Shown here: positions 27,409-31,284 of the stretch, in pieces
Position numbering within the stretch: the first letter of the stretch is position 1
Layout: every line of letters starts with the position of its first letter
Origin: an uncultured cyanobacterium
GTDB taxonomy: Bacteria > Cyanobacteriota > Cyanobacteriia > Leptolyngbyales > Leptolyngbyaceae
Direction: 5' to 3'
DNA length: 31,284 nucleotides
Assembly: GCA_963766075.1 (NCBI GenBank)
Contig: CAVYAN010000077.1
Location: 1-31,284 of the forward strand
Program-made: the position numbers and the translations under genes
The notes under the pieces: generated by a model
What the model saw: only the letters and a program-made list of their open reading frames with translations
What the model was told of the DNA's origin: nothing
Databases searched by the model: none

Positions 27409-28518
27409 CTAAGGATTCTTATCCAGAATGCCACGGGTCAGTACGCGCGTTTGTAAAGGCGCGAGCCGCCCGCGATTGGTTTGGGCAACATTAAATCCAG
27501 GACGGCCCGCCACATTCCCCGTCAACAAAAGCAGGACTTCCTGATTGGCATCCCGTTCCACCGGATCGCCCGCATCCCGCGCCGCCTGGGTATTGCCACG
27601 AACGCAGGCATAAAAAGCACTACGCGGATCGCTGGGCGAGATTTGGCTCGGGGCCGCGCAAATGGTGTTCACATTCGCCAGAGCCACATCCGGCTCCGCC
27701 CGGTCTAGAAAATCTGTCAGAATTTGTTTCACCCCCACTGGCTTAACCACGGTCGGAGCTACTATTGTCCCAGAGGCGTTACGACTGTAGGGCCATTGCT
27801 GGAACTGTGCAGAGCCACTGGCCGTCGGATCGATAAAGCCTGCCGTTGGCGTCCCCGCCGCGTTGAATTGGCTCAGGGTGTATCGGACTAGGCGCGCGCG
27901 TCCCCGCCAAATGCCCCCCGGATTGGCCGTATCAATCCCATACACCACCAAGGTATAGGTCTTACCAGACTCACAATAGGCCGCTCCCGCAAATACATCT
28001 GTTGTGGCCGTGGCCGGACGCGTTTGGGCCAGGGCCGTACAGCCCGTATTCGCTGCCGTCCTCAGGACGGGGGGAATGGGATCCAGCCGCCAAAACGCCA
28101 AAACAGGTCGTGTTTGATTGGTCCCCACCGTCAGCATGGCATCCGGAATATGGTTCACAATACCGGGACAGCGGGTTGCAAAAGTCGTAGCATCCAGCGC
28201 CACGCCCCCGTTATTTCCCGCCAGACAGGTCCCATCATAAACAAACACCGCCTCCCGCAAATCCTGGCTGATGTAGTCCATCGCCTGCTGCATATCCCGC
28301 TGGGTTTCGGTGCGGGACGTATCATTTTGGTTGACCTGGGTGAGTTCCACCACGAGGTACAGAAGGCCCGACGTGACCAATACCCCAATCAAAGCCGCCA
28401 CGAGCAGTTCAATCAGCGTAAACCCTGGGGACTGCTGGGGCGGCATGGGGTGCCGCTGCATGCGCCACAGATGCTTCAGACCCTTTTCCCACGGACGTTG
28501 TTTCAACTTTGGTTGCAT
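27409..28518 (-). CDS. hpsC: Type IV minor pilin (HpsC / PilW-like)
   Basis: G|FTLIELLVA, ETQRDMQQAMDYISQDLREAVFVY, PVLAFW; third gene of the hpsA operon. Confidence 0.75.
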   Translation of the reverse strand: MQPKLKQRPWEKGLKHLWRMQRHPMPPQQSPGFTLIELLVAALIGVLVTSGLLYLVVELTQVNQNDTSRTETQRDMQQAMDYISQDLREAVFVYDGTCLAGNNGGVALDATTFATRCPGIVNHIPDAMLTVGTNQTRPVLAFWRLDPIPPVLRTAANTGCTALAQTRPATATTDVFAGAAYCESGKTYTLVVYGIDTANPGGIWRGRARLVRYTLSQFNAAGTPTAGFIDPTASGSAQFQQWPYSRNASGTIVAPTVVKPVGVKQILTDFLDRAEPDVALANVNTICAAPSQISPSDPRSAFYACVRGNTQAARDAGDPVERDANQEVLLLLTGNVAGRPGFNVAQTNRGRLAPLQTRVLTRGILDKNP

Positions 28519-28553
28519 ACTTATATATCCTTATGCCCTGGTAGTCCGCCCCG

Positions 28554-29390
28554 TTAGTCGCGATTGAGGCAGGCGGCTTCGGTACCGCCAGCCTGCCGAC
28601 AAATTTGCCCCAAGGAACGACTGGAATCGTTACGGGAGATCTGAGAGTAAAGCACGGCGAGGGGCCGCTGCTGAGGACCGGAATCTCGGCGGCCTGTGGT
28701 CAACCCGAGGGACGATTGCTGCACGCTTAAAGCGGCATAGGTGGCCCGATAGGCATAAACCCGCACGCCCATCGTGAAGGAGAAGGGAATGGTTTCTCCG
28801 GTAGGGATGGTACTGGGTAGCCGAAACACCTGCATCGCATAATCAGGCTGGCAATCGCCGTTGATATCGACGGGAGTCAAACGATCCGAGGCAACGGGTG
28901 TGGCCGCTGGATAGCGGTCAACGCCGGTGGGGCAGGCAATGGGCGACAGCATCGGCGTCGTCAGCACGGAGAGTTGGGCGGCGGGCAGCGCTTGGGGACT
29001 GGCAGGAGCCGCAGCGGGTACGCCCGGAAGCTGGTTAATATTGTCCACGCCCCGTTCCATTAGGGTGCGGACGCGATCCACTTCGCCTTGGGCGATCGCT
29101 CGGGCTTGTTCTGCCCGCCGGGTCTGGATGCGGGTGGCGGTGGCGACAAAAATGGGTGGTGTAATGGCTGCGACCGTAATGGCAATCACAATAATCGCCA
29201 CTAGGCTTTCAATGAGGGTTAACCCCGGAGCCTGCCCTGGCGTTGGCGAGGAGCGTCGATGACTGGTTTGCAAGAGGTGCAAGCCTAGCTTGATAGCCGT
29301 AGCACTCGAACGTGCACCCTCTGGACGCAGGGCCCGATGGCCCGAGGCTCCGCCGCCAAAGACTTGATTCAATCGGAAAGGACGCAACAT
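28554..29390 (-). CDS. hpsB: Type IV minor pilin (HpsB / PilV-like)
   Basis: G|LTLIESLVAI...ITPPIFVATATRIQTRRAEQA..IAQGEVDRVR, VDINGD, GVRVY; GGAG RBS before ATG 29390 (start uncertain). Confidence 0.75.
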   Translation of the reverse strand: MLRPFRLNQVFGGGASGHRALRPEGARSSATAIKLGLHLLQTSHRRSSPTPGQAPGLTLIESLVAIIVIAITVAAITPPIFVATATRIQTRRAEQARAIAQGEVDRVRTLMERGVDNINQLPGVPAAAPASPQALPAAQLSVLTTPMLSPIACPTGVDRYPAATPVASDRLTPVDINGDCQPDYAMQVFRLPSTIPTGETIPFSFTMGVRVYAYRATYAALSVQQSSLGLTTGRRDSGPQQRPLAVLYSQISRNDSSRSLGQICRQAGGTEAACLNRD

Positions 29391-29452
29391 GAAAGACTCC
29401 GATGGCAGATGAACAGGCAGACTGGAATCCCGTTTGGGGTTTGATGGGCGAT

Positions 29453-31284
29453 TTAGCATGGCTTGCGTACTCCCGTCGGCGTTGGCGCACTGCGGCACAG
29501 AGCTGTGACGTAGGCATCACTGATGGGGAGTTCCGTGTAGAACTCGTTGCGGGTTGAGGAGGGCGTCATAAACCGGGCAGCGGCGGGACTAGAGGGGGCT
29601 AACTGTAATCCAACATCGTAGCCCCAGAACCGTCGAGGCGGACTGTAGTAGCAGATGCGCTCATTCGTGTTGACTAAATCGCTCGGCTCCCAAGCATCGG
29701 AGTCAAAGTTGGACTGGCATAATTAGAGAAATTCAGTTGCAGCAGGGAGCCGGAGAACCAGAGGCGGCGATTGTCACCCCAGTTCTCTAAAAATCGAGGG
29801 AAATTGTGTAATCCCCCATTCCCCTGACTCTGCCGCTGGGGCACCTGACCACTAATCAAAATGGCATTCACCCTAGCCCCCGGAGATTCGGCCTTCTGCC
29901 GTGGGCGCTCCTCCGCACCACCATTGGCGATATTGTAATAACCGCTCGTCGCGTCGGTGAGCGCTGATGGGGTTAACCCTGCCTGAGATTTGCTGCCCGT
30001 TGTCAAAGTCGTTGCATTAGCATCCACGAGTAAGGGCAACCCATTGCGGGAGAAGCGAACTGGCGAATTAGGATCATAGGATTCTCCCGCAACCAAGTTC
30101 TTCGGGTTCCTCCAACCGTTACAGGAGGCAGCAGCGGTCCCCAGGCTTCTGTTGGCGCAGCAGCATCAATTGCACTATTGCCTGATGCGTCAAATCGAGG
30201 ACGATTCTGATTCAAGAACGATGTGCGACCTGCTCCATCGCAGCCCCTGCCGTATAGCCCTGTAGTGGTGGAATTGTAAAGGCTACGACGCGTTGAGGAC
30301 AACGCTACACCAGCTTCCGGGTTATTTGAATCTATTGCCTGGGAAGGAATCCAGAGGCCATCAAGTACGCTGCCATCGCAGAAATATCAGAAATAATCGA
30401 GACGGCATCAGACAAAATCTCCGTCGGTCGCCATTCATCTTGGGCCGCTGCCGCAAACCGACTGTCTACGCTGCGACGGGCATAGAAGGTGGTCGGCGTA
30501 TAGGGTTGATCGGTGTCGGCATAGTTCCAGAGCCTCTCCGTAAATTCCTCTAGGGGCGTGGTACTATTCGTTGCCTCATGCAGGTTAAGGTCACCCATGA
30601 TGTAGGCGGGGTTATCCGTAAACAGTGACAGACCGCGAGTGTTTTCCTGGTCCGTGACGCCAATTAACCGGCGCAGTCTGGCCCCATCCCGCAAGCGAAA
30701 ACCATGCACCCGGCGCGCCGGATCCGCCACATAGTCCACAGCCTTAATCGAGAGGCGTTGAGCTGCTAAGGGCCGGATCAGTTTGGGAGGCAAAGGGATT
30801 GGCCGCGTTCAAGGCTGTAGGGTGAATGCTTGAGTAGGATCCGGCCCTGTGGGACGAGCGATGGCATCTTCGCGCATGGCATCCTCGCGAAAGGCATAGA
30901 CAATGCCGGATTGAGGCAACCAAGCATCGGTTGTGACACCTGGTGGAAGCTTCTGGCGCAGCAGTCCCAAATCCAGATCCATCACTCGTGCGGGTAGGCG
31001 TTCCCGACCGTTGTAGAGGACACGATCCAAGAAGCCAATGGCGACCCGCACACTAGTTGCACCACTGGGCACCCGAATGAAATTCGTATTCCGATACCGC
31101 GTGTCGGTGTCAGGAGAAATTGTCGTGGTATAGGGTAGAACCCAATCACTGAAGTTTAAGGCTCTCGGCGCTAGGTCAACGGCAGAGGGGTCAACCACCG
31201 CGTAGGTGACGGATGTATTGGCGGTGGTGGTCACATAGGCATCGGCAATGTACGGTTCGCTGGCGGGCTGGACCGTGGTCGGTA
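29453..31284 (-). pseudogene. hpsA: HpsA (hormogonium polysaccharide / pilus-associated large protein), 3' part with at least 4 frameshifts; 5' end outside the window
   Basis: Consecutive frames give GIVYAFREDAMRED, HGFRLRDGA, DNPAYIMGDLNLH, WRPTEILSDAVSIIS, GGLHNFPRFLENW and, not in the ORF track, YYSPPRRFWGYDVGLQ...EFYTELP...KPC* ending at 29453. Confidence 0.8.

Larger units (their letters stand above)
441..29099. repeat. HIP1 octamer GCGATCGC dispersed through the window
   Basis: Examples at 441, 622, 783, 1665 and 29092, with an overlapping double at 25966-25979; a cyanobacterial hallmark. Confidence 0.95.

Noticed and set aside
29700..30820. Programmed ribosomal frameshifting or phase variation in hpsA
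   Set aside because: No slippery heptamers or long homopolymers at the shift sites, and there are too many shifts for a programmed event.

Overview
Cyanobacterial chromosomal window, judged from abundant HIP1 GCGATCGC octamers, the ndhAIGE operon and an hps locus; probably a filamentous, motile lineage. (1) 1-4325 is an accessory, conflict-system-like block: a TIR + AAA_35 (STAND-like NTPase) gene followed by an Rpn-like DUF4351 gene. It occurs as two diverged inverted copies (1-1377 and 1672-3097) around a second AAA_35 gene that is cut off exactly at a HIP1 site. Both DUF4351 genes carry an identical internal AGGAGGAG + in-frame ATG, suggesting a gene-within-a-gene design like RpnL/RpnS. 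(2) 4326-4977 is intergenic, with a helically phased DnaA-box cluster, an AT-rich tract and a possible structured element. (3) 4978-25872 is mostly housekeeping: M28 peptidase, PhzF, pdhB-secD-secF, D-Ala-D-Ala dipeptidase, nadK, ndhE/G/I/A, gltA, an orphan ORF, nnr, a SPOR-like protein, WD40 + COG0523, dprA and a GNAT. It also holds a DUF4278/PirA-like gene under an NtcA site and a glutamine (glnA-type) riboswitch. (4) 26106-31284 is the hps minor-pilin locus with a multiply frameshifted hpsA. Frameshifts occur only at the two ends of the window and may be sequencing errors. Short unrelated tandem duplications of 12-22 bp are frequent. Family assignments are from motif recognition, not database searches.
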